Origin: Octopus bimaculoides
Lineage: Eukaryota
Assembly (NCBI RefSeq): GCF_001194135.2
Contig: NC_068983.1
Location: 89,430,709-89,483,088 of the forward strand
DNA: 52,380 bases
Reading direction: 5' to 3'
Shown piece after piece: positions 35,350 to 48,906 of this stretch. A program made the translations under genes and the position numbers. The notes under the pieces are model-generated. The model did no database searches. It was given only the letters and a program-made list of their open reading frames with translations, and had not been told where the DNA came from. Positions within the stretch are counted from its first letter, which is position 1. Every line of letters starts with the position of its first letter.

Positions 35350-36400
35350 ATAGAGTGGGTATATTACTCAAAGTGTACTGTATAATATATCCAGTATGGC
35401 TGATCTTACCAATCGCTTTCGCGCTAGGGTTTCCATGGAGTGTTAAGTAACAACCAGATTATGTACCCCTGAGCATTTATGGAATGAAATGTGGCAACTG
35501 TTCTCTATTGGTGAAGGTGAAAAGATACATTTGGTTTGTGGTTACTGTGAAGAAGACATCGTAACGAACTGAGCAAGGGTTAATTTAAGAGTTATGTCCC
35601 TTGGCACCAAAGCTCTATCTCTAGAGGTATTGCAAGGTGACAAGAGTTTTCTCAAAAAGAGTGTATGGGAAATGTGCATATGTTTTAGGGTTGGTGTTCT
35701 TGTAGAACTGGAATGTGTGTAGTGTTTTCAAGGTGGGGCCCAAAGGTGACATAAGCATCTGTGTGTTCGTTTGTGTGTCTTTTGTTTATGCCTTGGGTAA
35801 AACTTTGGTTAAATTATTTGGGGCATTAATGTATGCATGGAGTGTGTGTAGGGGTACTATATGTGTGTGGGCTTATATTGGTGGGGTAGAAAACGGTCTA
35901 TTGGGTGGATGTCCACTGTTTCCAGGCATGTGTGTCTGTGAGTGCATCTATGTATGTTCTGATCAAACTCTTTGCTGGATTTCCAGGTATTTGTTGTGGG
36001 AGGACTGAAATTGGGGGACTGACAATTATAGTCATGATGGGTCACATAGGTATGATAGGATGTACTTCCTTTCATGTGGGCAAGGATTAAAAATTTCACT
36101 TCCACTGTTCAAGTAGATACCTGGGTACTGAGAGTTCTTTAATATCATTCTTTCTCAGCTAACATAATCTGCACTTCCTGCTGCTATTGAAGTAAGCCTT
36201 GCACTTCTCTAATATCCTCCACTTTATACGGTGCTCTGTGGTGCTTTCTTTCAATGACTATATGTACTTGGCCAGGGTTGTGGCATTTCATTTCTCTGGG
36301 ATGCTGAAAGAGGACTTGTGATTGTTATAACCAATTCACCATGAAAATCAATTGCATTGATATTTGGACAATGCACATCTTCTAAAAGATGAAACATAAG
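35350..36400 (-). mobile_element. Penelope-like element 3' part: GIY-YIG-region C-terminus plus ~700-nt 3' region with a family-2 hammerhead remnant
   Basis: 36055-36330 minus reads HKSSFSIPEK*NATTLAKYI*SLKE...IKWRILEKCKAYFNSSRKCRLC / EKRMIL...LNSGSEIFNPCPHERKYIL, the typical Penelope C-terminal pattern. ccctagcgcGAAAgcgattggTAagatcagcc lies at 35398-35429. Confidence 0.8.
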
Positions 36401-38269
36401 AGAAAATGCACACAAAAAGAATTTTCTTTTTAAATTTCAGTCCCCAAAACTTTTAGCTGTTGTTGTTAGTGTGTTACAACTCCTTCACCAGTATCTTTGA
36501 GTTTGTTCAATATATCCAACACCTTTATCTGCACCTTAAAACCAACTAACTTATGTTTAACAAGGGATCCTTCTCCACTTTGATATCTGAAAGTCACACA
36601 ATAATATTTGCTACTAGCATTGAGATCTGCTCTGCTGGACAGCTTCATCTGGGTACACACTCACCATTTCCATACATGCCATAGCACACACTCGACTAGG
36701 TCTCAGTTCACACACACTTTAAAAAAGATACCATTACCATCCTGTTTTGTAGTCAGGCAACAGTCACTCACTCCAGCACCTTCCATTTTTAGGCCCAGTT
36801 GATTCATTAACAATGACATCATCCTGATCCAATAAAGGAACTACTACATAGTTATTTCATCTCCTAGAAATAGTAGCTATATTTCCTTCAAATTACACTT
36901 CACTGTCTTTTGGACAAAGTAATTGTGAGAGAAGGAGGATGGTCACAGCTTCAGTGGCTTTAATCTTGGGTCTACTCAGTGATGTGACTAGAAGCTAAAG
37001 AGCAGCGCTAATTATCATACATTCAGCAAACACAGCATTTGTTACATTATTTTGTGTCACTGGTCTCTCACTAGTTTTTGCGTGTTGTTGAGCTCCAGTA
37101 CTGTTCCCATTAAACAGACTTTCAATTAAAAACAGTCCAGCCTTGACCACCCTACTTTGTTTTCAAATTCAGTGTATTTAGAACTGCATTATGTAGGGTG
37201 CCCTTTTTTTAAAAAAGGCTGGGTGTGAGTTAAAAAAGATTTTGCTGCTATAGCTGGCAGGTCAAGCAACTATGTACAGGTTTTCTCATTGGCTCATGTT
37301 GTTAATCCAACATCAAACTCTAGTTCAACTAAAAGAATAGGAAAATTTGATCAATGTTTTATTTGTTTGAACTCTAGCAAATTAAATGGTAGGGCTAGTA
37401 TTTAAGGCAGAGGTGAATTCTAGTAAACAGTAAAATAATTCATGTGTATGAGCTGGGAGAGGAGGTGGTAATCTCTACCAGAATGAGGCACAGTTGAAAT
37501 GAGATGACAATAAAGAGATATGAGCATTGGGTGGGAGTGAGGGCCAAATTTAAATGCAAAATAATAATAATAATAATAATAATAATCATCGAATCATTTT
37601 CAGTAGAAACAGGAAATATTGATTATTTTGGTAACTGCTGTTAAGACATTAGATATGATTGGAGTATTCTAGGACTTCTAAAGAAGTGATTCTAAAGAGA
37701 TCTTAAGGTCTTCTATGACATCTATTTGAAGTCATTTACAAATAGCATTGACGTTTCACTTAAAGTCAATGGGAGTACTTCAAAACCATCATTCTAATCA
37801 AATGAAATATTCTGATTTAATTTTCTAAACTAGCCTGATAGCATCATTGAATATTGATCTTCCTGGTGTTTCCTCTTGATATTTATTATTCCAGCTAGTG
37901 AAGAAGCAAGTGCCTGTGATGTATGTATGTATGTATGTATGTATGTATGTATGTATGCATGTATGTATGTATGTATGTATGTATGTTTATATGTATGTAC
38001 ATATGTATGTATATACGTACATACATATGTACATATATGCATATGTATATATATACATATGTATGTATATACATGTGTGTGTATGTATTATTTAAGTTTT
38101 GTATTTGTTTTGAAAATTCTTGAAGTGAAAATGTCATTATTTCTTGGGAGGGTCATTTTACAAATAAAAAGCACACACACTTGTTCTACTTCACTTCCTT
38201 TTTTAAAATATATCATTATTGTTATTTTCATATACACTCAACATATTAGACTGTTAGAAAAGAAAAGAA

Positions 38270-40465
38270 TCCTAACATCGGGCTACAACAAGTAACCTTA
38301 GATGCCAAGAACCCTCCTATTGGGTTACAGCAAGTAACCTTAGATGCCAAGAACGCTCCCAAGTATCAAAGCTGTCCCTAATAACACTGTTTTCTGGAGC
38401 TGTGCTTAACTGGGTTTTATGCCTATGTCTTCTATCCATCAGTTCAGATCTTTAGGGATAGTTCTCAATGCACCTAAAACTACTGGGATAAATTTTACCC
38501 ACACTTTCAATAGTCTCTGTAATTCAATAGCTAGGTCCTGGTACTTTGCTATTTTTTCTACATCTCTCATATTAACTTTTTCATCGTTTGGGACTGTAAA
38601 GTCAATTTATCTGGCACTTTTTATTCTCTTTATCTACTACTACCAAATCAAGCCTTCTAGCTTCTATTACTCTGGCAGCCTGAATGTTAAAGTCCCACAA
38701 CATCTTGTATTTCTTACTTTATAGTGCTTTACTAGGTTCATGTTCATACCATTTATCAGTTTGTTCAAATCCTAGCTTTCTACATAGCGCCAAGTGGGTT
38801 ACTCTCCCTAGATTGTCATATCTTTTCTTGTATTATTTCTATTCCAGCATGCTACATTCATTTACTCTATGAGTAACACTTTTCTCTTTTAATTTGCATA
38901 ATCTACATGGGGAATCTACTTGGTTTTTGTCTATCTTGGCTTTTATCTAATTAGTCCTTAATGCTTGATCTTGTGTAGCTACTAACAGACTTTCTGTCCC
39001 CTCTTTAGCTTTCCTTTCTGCAACCATAACCACATCTCACTACTACTATTTGCTGCAACTATCTTTGGGAATCTACCATGTAACACCTTCTCCTGCCAGT
39101 TAGATATTTTTTATTCTTTTTTCTGGTTTTTAACTTCGTTTGGGTTTTTGGTTTCCCTATGTCTTGTTGTGACTCTAGCATCTTTTAATAAACTTTCTTC
39201 ACTATTATCTACATAGGAGTCTATATCTATTCTAGCTAACTCCATGCAGTCTTCTACTGATATTAACCCACTTCTGCCTTCCTTTCTAGGTAGGTATAAT
39301 CTTGCTACTCCTGCCCTTGGGTGGAGTCCTCCATTCATACTGAATTCCTTCCTTGCTCTTCTGTCTAGCTTTTCTAATCCAGTTTTTGTCCAATCTACAA
39401 AATCCTCTGAGTATCTAAGTAATGATACTGCCCGAGTATTTACAGCCTTCACTAGATTTGGACCATTTGGCTTTGACTTCATTAGCTTCTTCACTTTTCT
39501 GATGTACTCCTTCTCAATTTTCGTTTTTATTTCTGTAGTTAGTACTCTGTCAGATTCTAATACTCTGAGATACTTATACCTCTCTCCTCCTTTCAATGAT
39601 TTTAATGTCTAACCATCTGGTAATTGGATGCCTTCACTGTTGACTAGATGACCTTTTCTCATGACTAACATTGGACACTTATCTATGCCAAATTCCATAC
39701 CCATATCTTTGCTGAAGTGTCTTACAGTCTGTATTAAAGAATATCTCTTTTTCATTCTTACTAAAAAGCTTTATCCATGTAGACCAAATGGTTAATTTTT
39801 CCCTTACTATTTCTGAACTGATACCCTGCTTTGCCTTCCTTAATACTAAACTGAGGGGGCCCTGGAAAATTCCTCTTTTGATATTAACTTTCCCTAACAG
39901 TGTGTCGCCTGAGTAGAGGTCTACTTTCCATTTCTTCATGTTACAGCTAAATAATTCTCTTATGTTGTTTGCTATACTGAATATATTCAAACATGTCATA
40001 GGCTTTCCTATAATCTATCCATACTATTGTTAGATTTTTCTTTCTCGCTTTTACTTCATTTGTCTTGTCTATATGTAATAGATCATGCAACCCTCTAACC
40101 TTCTTCCTGCAACCTTTCCATTCTTTTAGTAGTAAATTCTGGTTGTCAAGGTGCTCATAAGTGCTTTCTGAAAGCATTCCTGTAAACAGCTTCCACACTA
40201 ATGGTAAGCAAGTGATTGGTCTATAGTTACTAGCTGCATTACCCTTGCTCTTATCTTTCATAATGAGTATTGTCCTCCTTCTAGTCATCCAATCTGGTAT
40301 TATTCCTCCATTAAGGCAATCCTGAAGTTGCTCCTTCAGCCCCCCATGTAAACCACTGAATTTCTTTTGCCAGTACCCTTGAACTAAATCTGGTCCTGGG
40401 CCCTTCCAATTTGGCATTTTCCCTAACATTTTACTCATTAATGCACTAGTTTTGGTTGCTTTACT
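38270..40465 (-). mobile_element. R4/Dong-clade non-LTR retrotransposon, 5'-truncated (RT plus restriction-like endonuclease)
   Basis: NWKGPGPDLVQGYW, NYRPITCLPLVWKL, NIKRGIFQG, KAVNTRAVSLLRYS, GGLHPRAGVARLYLPRKEGRSGL; REL domain LWDFNIQ...IEARRLD...DFTVPND...KYQDLAIE...IPVVLGAL. 3' tandem duplication at 38283-38360. Confidence 0.85.
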
Positions 40466-40502
40466 ATTATCATCATCATCATTATTATTATAATTATTAT
40501 CA

Positions 40503-40720
40503 AGGTGGCAAGCTGGCAGAATCATTAGCATGCCGCGCAAAATGCTTCGTGGTATTTTGCCTGTTGCTACATTCTGAGTTCAAATTCCACTGAGGTCGGC
40601 TTTGCTTATCCTTTTGGGGTTGATAAATTAAGTACCAGTGAAACACTGGGGTCAATGAAATCGACATGTCCCCTCCCCACAAATTTCAGGCCTTGTGCCT
40701 TTAGTAGAAAGGATTATTAT
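40503..40720 (+). mobile_element. SINE family B with (ATT)n tail
   Basis: aggtggcaagctggcagaatcattagc...ggccttgtgcctttagtagaaaggattattatt. Confidence 0.85.
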
Positions 40721-41219
40721 TCATCTATGAAGATTGATGTAACTCTTCACAAAGGTGTGATACGGCTTGTGATAATAGAGTTTGACTATTGAATTGAGCA
40801 ATGTTTTAACAGTATACCAGTCTTCCTTTAGTTCAGAATAAAAAATAAATATGCAGAAATACAAAAATTCAAAGTTTGAACTGAATATCCTCTGTTCCTT
40901 TTTAGACAAAATGATATCAATTTTTGTTTTTTTGTAACTAGTAACAAGAGAAAAGAAAAAAAAATGCAGGTAAGCAAACATTTAGTCAGAAAGTGTTGTG
41001 TAAATGTAATGAAATTCTGTCATTTGTTCATTCCTCCAGAGTGTGACATTAGTAACTCACTAATATATTTATCCTCAAATGTTTTGAAGAGTGAAATTAT
41101 AGTGGAATCAGAATATTTTCTGAGAGTACATATTTTCAGGTGTTTCTCAAATTAAAAGTCATTTGATGTAAAATATTCTGCAGGTTCAGTTGAACTACTG
41201 TTATTGTGCCTAACATCAT

Positions 41220-41790
41220 ACCTATGCTCACCTTATCTTCTTCACCCGTTTATTCCTGGAAGGGTCTTCTCAGAAGCAACCATCTCCAATTGATCAAGCT
41301 GGATTTTCGAGTCCAACCAAGTGAAGATTGAGATGTTCATCCTCTCAAAGAAGCCTGTGCAATGCATTCTACAGGGGAGTTTCACTGAAGCAGGTGGAGA
41401 AGTTCAGGTATTTTGGGGCTGTTTTCATGAGAGATGGAAGGCAAAAAGCTAGGAGAATTACAGTTTCAGCATTCCATCATCAGAAAACTCATTATCTTCA
41501 ATTCAGTGTTCACACTTACTTATCATGAATCTTGAGTAATGACCAAAAGAATATGATTGTGGATTCAAATGGCTGAGATGGAGTTCCAGCAGAGGGGCTT
41601 TGAAATAACGTTACACTCAACAGAGTACATTGACCAGAAATCAGAGAGATGCTCCAGGTAGAGCCACTATTTCTATAAATTGAGAGATCACAACTCCAAT
41701 GCTACAGATATGCAGTAAGAATGTTTGGGATATGAATGGCTAGACAGTTTTTATGGGCAAAACTAAATAGCAGGAGACCCAGGGGTAGAC
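41220..41790 (+). pseudogene. Degenerate RTE (Expander-like) RT fragment
   Basis: GVSLKQVEKFRYFGAVFMRDGRQ, followed by IQMAEM and LQVEPL...IERSQL remnants. Confidence 0.65.
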
Positions 41791-42276
41791 TACAAGCCCA
41801 TTAGATCATTTATTTAGTTTTTCTGTTGTGCAAACAACATAAATCAAGTTGTGTTTGGTGCATTCCACTGCATATACTGAACTGGAATCCTTAAAGGTCC
41901 CACCTTCGGTATAAATCATAACATTTCTGTTATGATTTGTGAGGGAATTGACTTGACTTGGGTTGTTGCACCATGAACAGGGTTTCTCTTGCAGCTGCTT
42001 TTTTTGGGGTATTGTTCAGAAACTCCAATAGAGTTTTTATTGAGATTAGAGATACTGGTTAATAGTTCTTGTATTTTTATTGCATCTAAAGGTTATAATA
42101 GGCAGGTAAGAAAATATGTGTTTGAAATGAGAATTTTTTTCTGAAATATGCTGGTAATTTGCATGCATGACTTTTGAAATACCAGTGAAATTTCAGTGCC
42201 AGTTAATCTCTAAAGAAAATTGGTCATAAATTTTACTTTGGCTGCTAAAATTAGGTTATAATGCTAAAATTAGCTA

Positions 42277-43535
42277 TTAGGTTGTCAAGAAAGTTCTTGC
42301 GGTTTTTAACTTTTAAATTCAGATGCACATATCTCGGCTCAAACAAAACTTTATTAATCGAAATAAAACACCATCAGAATCAACACACTTTTGCCAACGC
42401 GAAACAAGTTTATTTATGCCAGTAGCATAAAAAGCCTGCGTTCTGGTGGCAAAGAAGTTGTTGAAGGCGTGTTTGGCATCGTCTTGGTTTTTGAAGCATT
42501 TCTCATGCAGGAAGTTGTCGAGATGCTTGAAAAATGGTAGTCAGAAGGCGAGAGGTCTGGTGAGTATGGCAGATGAGGCAGAGTTTCGTAGCCCAATTCG
42601 TTCAACTTCTACTGGGTCAGTTGTGCGATGTGCAGCCAAGCATTGTCGTGGAGAAGAATTGGTCCTTTTCTATTGACCAATGCTGGCTGTTGTTTGTCGG
42701 AGTTTCTTATGCATTGCTGACAGTACTTCTCTTCTGTAATGGTTTCGCCTGGATCCAAAAAGCTGTGATGGATAAGACCAGCCGCAGACCACCAAACAGT
42801 CACCATGACCTTCTTTTGGTGCAACTTTGGTTTCAGGAAGTGCTGTGGAGCTTCATTGGTGTCCAACCACTGAGCTGAGCATCGTCGGTTGTCATAAANN
42901 NNNNNNNNNNNNNNNNAATCCGGTTGAGAAACGGGTTGTTCTTGTTGCGTAAAAGAAGGGAAGACGACACTTCAAAACGGCATTTTTTTTGGTTGTTGTT
43001 CAATTTGTGCGGCACCCATTTCTCAAGTATTTGTTTTTCAATCTTTTTCAAGTGGTTGGAAATTGTTGTATATATTATGTCTAATTCAGAAGCAAGCTCT
43101 TGAACAGTTGAGCATAGATTGGCTTCGGCTGAGTTGATCATTGTCAACATCCGATGGCCGACAACTACGTTTATCATCTTCAAGACTCTCGTCACCACTA
43201 TGAAATTTCTTGAACGACAATTGTGCTGTATGTTCATTAGTGGTTCCTGGGCCAAACGCATCGTTGATATTGCGAGCTGTTTCAGCAGCTTTTCGGCCTA
43301 TCTTGAACAGAATGAGAAAATTGTGTGAATTTGCTTTTTGTACATGTTATATTCGATGTTCCGGAAAAAAATGGCCTAATTATTCAAAAAAAAAAACAGT
43401 AACAGTATTAGATAGAGCGAAAAACAGGCTTTAAAATGATATCTAAAGTCAAAGTAATTTAATGAAAATTAATTTGAAAATACACCATTTAAAACCAAAA
43501 TTAAAAATTCCACAAGAACTTTCTTGACAACCTAA
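42277..43535 (-). mobile_element. Mariner transposon, full length, with TA TSD
   Basis: TIR TTAGGTTGTCAAGAAAGTTCTTG at 42277 and CAAGAACTTTCTTGACAACCTAA ending at 43535; TA on both sides. Confidence 0.95.
42370..43330 (-). pseudogene. Mariner transposase, frameshifted
   Basis: KWVPHKL, LHQKKVMVTVWWS, ILLHDNA, LPHLPYSPDLSPSDYH. Confidence 0.9.
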
Positions 43536-43685
43536 TAGAAAAGTCAAACTTTCATATCCAATTTTAGCCCCCAAAGTAACATTTGTTATGAAATTCCTTT
43601 ACAGATTAAGTTACCAAAATATTACAGAAGAATATCCTTGTTTCCAACAAATATTTCTTCATTTGCCTATTGTAGTTTCTTCTGT

Positions 43686-43743
<58 letters not shown>

Positions 43744-43926
43744 AGTGGCGAGCTGGCAAAAAAGCCAGGCAAAATGCTTAGCATTATTTTACCCATCTGT
43801 GTGTTCTGAGTTCAAATTCTGCTGTGCTCAACCTTGCCTTTCATCTTTTAAGGGTCGATAAATTAAGTACCAGTTAAGTTCTAGGACTGATGTAATTGAT
43901 TCATCCCCTCCCCCCAAATTTGAAGC

Positions 43927-43930
<4 letters not shown>
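43744..43930 (+). mobile_element. SINE family B next to (ATT)n
   Basis: gtggcgagctggc...gcctttcatcttttaagggtcgataaattaagtaccag. Confidence 0.8.
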
Positions 43931-43959
<29 letters not shown>

Positions 43960-43987
43960 CATTCGTCTTCTTCTTATTATTATTGTT

Positions 43988-46900
43988 CATCATCATCGTT
44001 TAACGTCCGCTTTCCATGCTAGCATGGGTTGGACGATTTGACTGAGGACTGGTGAACCAGATGGCTACACAAGGCTCCAATCTGATTTGGAGAGTTTCTA
44101 CAGCTGGATGCCCTTCCTAACGCCAACCACTCCAAGAGTGTAGTGGGTGCTTTTACGTTCGAATGTCTTTTCACGTGCCACCGGCACAAGTGCCAGGAAG
44201 GCAATGCTGGTAACGATCATGCTCGAACGGTGCTCTTAGTGCTTCACTGGTACAGGTGCCATCACGATTTCACTTTTGCTTGCCTCAACAGGTCTTCACA
44301 AGCTGAGTTTAGTGTCCAATGAAGGAGATGTTGGCATGAGTGCCAGTCATCAAATTTAGTTCGATTACGATTTCACTTGCCTCAACAGGTTTTTGCAAGC
44401 GGAGTTTAGTGTCCAATGAAGGAAAGGTACGCATGAGTGGGCTGGCTACATCCCTAGCAGAGGCTTTGGATTTTGGTCTCACTTGGCTTGCTGGGTTTTC
44501 TCACGCACAGCATATTTCCAAAGGTCTTGGTCACAAGTCATTGCCTCAGTTAGGACTAATGTTCGAACACCGTGCTTCACCACCTCACCNNNNNNNNNNA
44601 GGACTAATGTTCGAACACCGTGCTTCACCACCTCACCCCAGGTCTTCCTGGGCCTACCTCTTCCACAGGTTCCCTCAACCGCTAGGGTGTGGTACTTTTT
44701 CACACAGCTGTCCTCCTCCATTCTCGCGACGTGACCATACCAGCGCAATTGTCTCTCTTGCACACCACAACTGATGCTTCTTAGGTTCAACTTTTCTCTC
44801 AAGGTACTTACACTCTGTCGAGCATGCACACTGACATTACACATCCATCGGAGCATACTGGCTTCATTCTTTGTGAGCTTAGACATGTCCTTAGCAGTCA
44901 CAGCCCATGTTTCACTGCCATGTAGCATGGCTGTTCGTACACATGCGTCATACAGTCTGCCTTTTACTCTGAGTGAGAGGCGCTTTGTCACCAGCAGAGG
45001 TAAGAGCTCTCTGAGCTTTGCCCAGGCTATTCTTATTCTAGCAGCTACACTTTCAATGCACCCACCCCCACTACTAACTTGGTCACCTAGATAGCGGAAG
45101 CTATAGACTACTTCTAGTTTTTCTCCCTGGAATGTGGCAAAAGTTGTTTTCTGCACATTTTCAGTGTTTATTGCTCCTGAATATCTGCCACATGCAGATA
45201 TTAACTTCCTAGTTAACCTTCCTTTGATATTGCTGCACCTCTTATGTGTCCATAGCTTGCACTGGGTACATCTTATAGAGTTTCTACCTACACCTTTTCT
45301 ACAGATCGAACAGGGCCATCTACCTGAAGGGGTTTGTGTTTTGTCTAACTTCCTACTTATTAGGACTTTGGTTTTAGCTAGGTTGACTCTACGGCCCTTC
45401 GATTCTAGTCCTTGCTTTCACACCTGAAACTTCTCCTCTAGTTCTGATAGTGACTCAGCAATTAGTACAAGGTCATTAGCATAGAGGAGCTCCCAGGGGT
45501 ATCCTGTCTTGAATTCCTCTGTTATTACCTGGAGAACTATGATAAATAGGAGGGGGCTGAGGACGGAACCTTGGTGGACCCCTACCTCTACCTGGAATTC
45601 TTCACTGTACTCGTTGCCAACCCTCACCTTACTGACAGCATCTCTGTACATGGCTCGCACAGCTCTCACTAACCATTCTTCTATCCCTAGTTTTCTCATT
45701 GACCACCAGATAAGGGATCGGGGTACCCTGTCAAAGGCTTTCTCCATGTCAACGAAAGCCAGGTACAGAGGTTTATCTTTGGCTAGGTATTTCTCCTGAA
45801 GCTGTCTTACCAGAAATATAGCATCAGTGGTGCTTTTCCCAGGCACGAACCCAAACTGCATCTCATCTATACTGACTCTCTCCCTAATTAGTTGGGCTAT
45901 GACCCTCTCCGTGACTTTCATTACCTGGTCCAACAACTTGATACCTCTGTATTTGTATCTAAAGCACTACCTTTACCCTTGTAGCAGTTGACTATGGTGC
46001 TGCTACACCAGTCATTGGGTATGACTCCTTCGTGTATTATCTGGTTAACAATACGGTTGACTAGGCTATAGCTGACACTGCCAGATATTTTGTGCATCTC
46101 TGTAGTGATTCCTGATGGGCCGGGGCCTTTCCCTGTCTTCATACTCTTAATTGCTTTATCTACCATAGTACTGTCAACTTGGATAGCTTGTCCCTCTGTT
46201 GGGTCAACATTTGGCAGACTCTCTTTCTCCCATTCATTCTGTTTATTGAGCAATCTTTCATAGTGGCGTCTCCAAACCTCTTTCTTTGCAGCCTCATTCA
46301 GTGCAAGTGTACCATCATCCATGTGAACACATTTCTCTCCCATGACATCACGATTCTCTATCACACACTGTCTTGCAACACAAAATACCTCAAGCCTTTG
46401 GTCCTCACGGCGCAGAACATTGGCAAATTTTTTCTTTTCTGCTTTCTCTCTTGCTAAATAAACCTGTCGCATAGTTTCCCTTCTGACAGTCTGATACAAT
46501 TCTCTGCTACAACCATTCTTCCAGTCCTTCCAAGCTTGTTTCTTTTGTCTAATAGCCCTGTCAACAACATTGGGTTGAGATCAGACTTTGCACCATTCAC
46601 AGATCTGGTCAGTGGCCCTCCAATTGTCTTCTACACCGCGTGAAGCTATATCCCCTTCTATTTCGTCAAAGGCTTCGAGTAATAAGTCTCTAAATATCTG
46701 TCCATTCGCAGGATCTTTGAGCTTCTCCTCCTTGCTGGTCGTCTTCTGGGCAACCACTTAGCCCTGATCCTGAAGTCACTAACTACTTGTCTATGTTGTA
46801 GGGTACATTCTTCACCTGGGAAGGTTTTGGCATTTATAAGCAGACATCTTTCCCTTTTCTTGGCGAGGATGTAGTCAATTTGGCTAGTGTGTCTGCCAGA

Positions 46901-47600
46901 ATGGTAGGTGACTGGCAGGTTTCCTGAAGTTAGTATTGCAGACCATAAGGTCATTTGCATCACAGAACTCCAGCAGCCTGGTTCCTTCCTCATTGCGGGA
47001 ACCAAAACCATAGCCTCCATGTACACCATGGAAGGCCCCTGAATGTTGTCCAACATGACCATTGAAGTCACCAGCCACAAAGAGAAGGTCCCTGTCATTC
47101 GTCAATGAGGTCGTCTGCAAGAGGGTGTCATAAAATTGGTCTTTCTGTCCATTAGGTAGCCCGGGCTGAGGGGCATAGGCTGAGATAATGGTTGCTAACC
47201 CATGGTGAAGGACTAATCTAATCTTAAGTATTCTATCACATACTCTGGTTACCTCGATTACCTTATCCACTCATTTCTCTCATTTCTCCGCAAGAAGTAT
47301 ACCCACGCCTCCGACCCTGTCTGTGTTCCCTGCCTAGAAAATCTTGTACCTGTGTTCTTTGCCTGTGAGGAACCTAGTGGAACCTCCTCTCTACCTTACT
47401 TCTTGGAGGCAGCAGATATCGACACATCTCCGTTCAAGCATCTCAACAATCTCACCAAACCTACCTTTCAGTGTGCCAACGTTGATAGTGCCAACCCTGA
47501 GGGTGTGGGAGGTATGGGCCCATGAGACCCTAGGGCGGGGAACAGTAGCGTCATGTACTTGAAAAGAAAGCTTGCATTTTGCAGAATTCATAAACAGTCA
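43988..47600 (-). mobile_element. Near full-length RTE-clade LINE (APE-RT, frameshifted); 5' UTR probably extends to ~48200
   Basis: GTINVGTLKGR/DICCLQEVR, SAYAPQ, GDFNGHVG, QFGFVPGKST, DMEKAFDRV, GVHQGSVLSPLLF, LLYANDLVL, YLGD, LRWYGHVARM, GRGRPRKTW; 3' UTR ends in a (GAT)n tail. Confidence 0.95.
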
Positions 47601-48255
47601 GTAGCCTTCATTTCAACCTGCATCTACTACACTATTATATTTTGCACTATATGATCACTACCTTACATAGGAGATAAACCCTAAGTGGGGTGGGGGAATG
47701 GCGTGAAGCCTTTAGAAGTGTTCATGGGAGACAGCNNNNNNNNNNTATAGTCCTGGCGAAGCAAGAGGTAATTGAAAGAGGGAGAAGAGAGAGAGAGTGG
47801 GATCGAGAGAGACAGAGTAAAGCAGAGAGGGTTAGGCCAGAGCATGAGGGATATAGAGAGAGATATTCTTTTAGGACTTCTGTCGCATAGTTTAAAGAGA
47901 CAGTAAATATTGAATGGTAGAAATATAGAATTGAAAAATAAGAGTTTTTGGTCAGCTAATCTAAGACAGAATTATAGAGATAAGTGACAGTGTGATAAAA
48001 ATTAAAATTGAATAACTTGAATAACTGAATGAATTTGACGACATCGTAATGGATAACTGAAATGAATTTGACGACATTGTAATGAGATGGACAGAATAGT
48101 GGAAGCACTAAGTAAGGTGTTATGAATCAGCGCATAAATAGGAAGGTCCGAACGAGGTTGGAAAGACAGAAAACTTATCTGGTCATGTTTCTGGGTTCGT
48201 ATTTATTCGGCAGAGGTTCTAGGAACGAGTGGGGGAATTGGGGTGCGTGCACTAG

Positions 48256-48324
<69 letters not shown>

Positions 48325-48328
<4 letters not shown>

Positions 48329-48520
48329 AAGGCAGTAATCTGGTCAAATCATTAGATCATCAGAAGAAATACCTTGCAGCATTTTTCCTGAGCTCAAAAC
48401 CCACTAAGGTTAACTTTGTTGTTCATCCTTTCATGATCAATGAAATAAAGTACTGGGATTGATTTAATCAACAAACAACCTTCCTTCAAAATTGCTGGCC
48501 ATGAGCCTAAATAGAAACAA
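48325..48520 (+). mobile_element. SINE family B, degenerate
   Basis: aaggttaactttgttgttcatcctttcatgatcaatgaaataaagtactgg resembles the family core. Confidence 0.55.
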
Positions 48521-48857
48521 TTATTATTTGTAGTAGTCAACTAATTAACCAGTCAACTAATTATCCAGTCAACTAATTGATTACTTGTTTGATCAATCAA
48601 TCAGCTGGTTTGTCTGAGTCCTTGCATCACAATTTGCAACTTCATCAAAGACACGTCTGCATTGTTTCGGGTCTGTCATTAAGTTTTAATTGTTTCCAAT
48701 TCTGTGCTGCTGATGTTTCCCTTTTATTTTGTGCATATGTGTACACACACACACACACATACACACACGCATACGTGCGCACACACACACACACACACAC
48801 GTGTACATGTATAATGGTGGATGTGTAAGGAGCATTTGTGACCAGCTGACTGTGTGT

Positions 48858-48897
<40 letters not shown>

Positions 48898-48906
48898 AAG
48901 AGTACA

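Noticed and set aside
26420-35371. Long ORFs containing X runs and YI/HT/VC repeats
   Set aside because: Artefacts of N gaps and microsatellites.
48532-48580. Three ~16-bp tandem units (agtcaactaatt....)
   Set aside because: A simple short tandem repeat with no spacers; not CRISPR-like.
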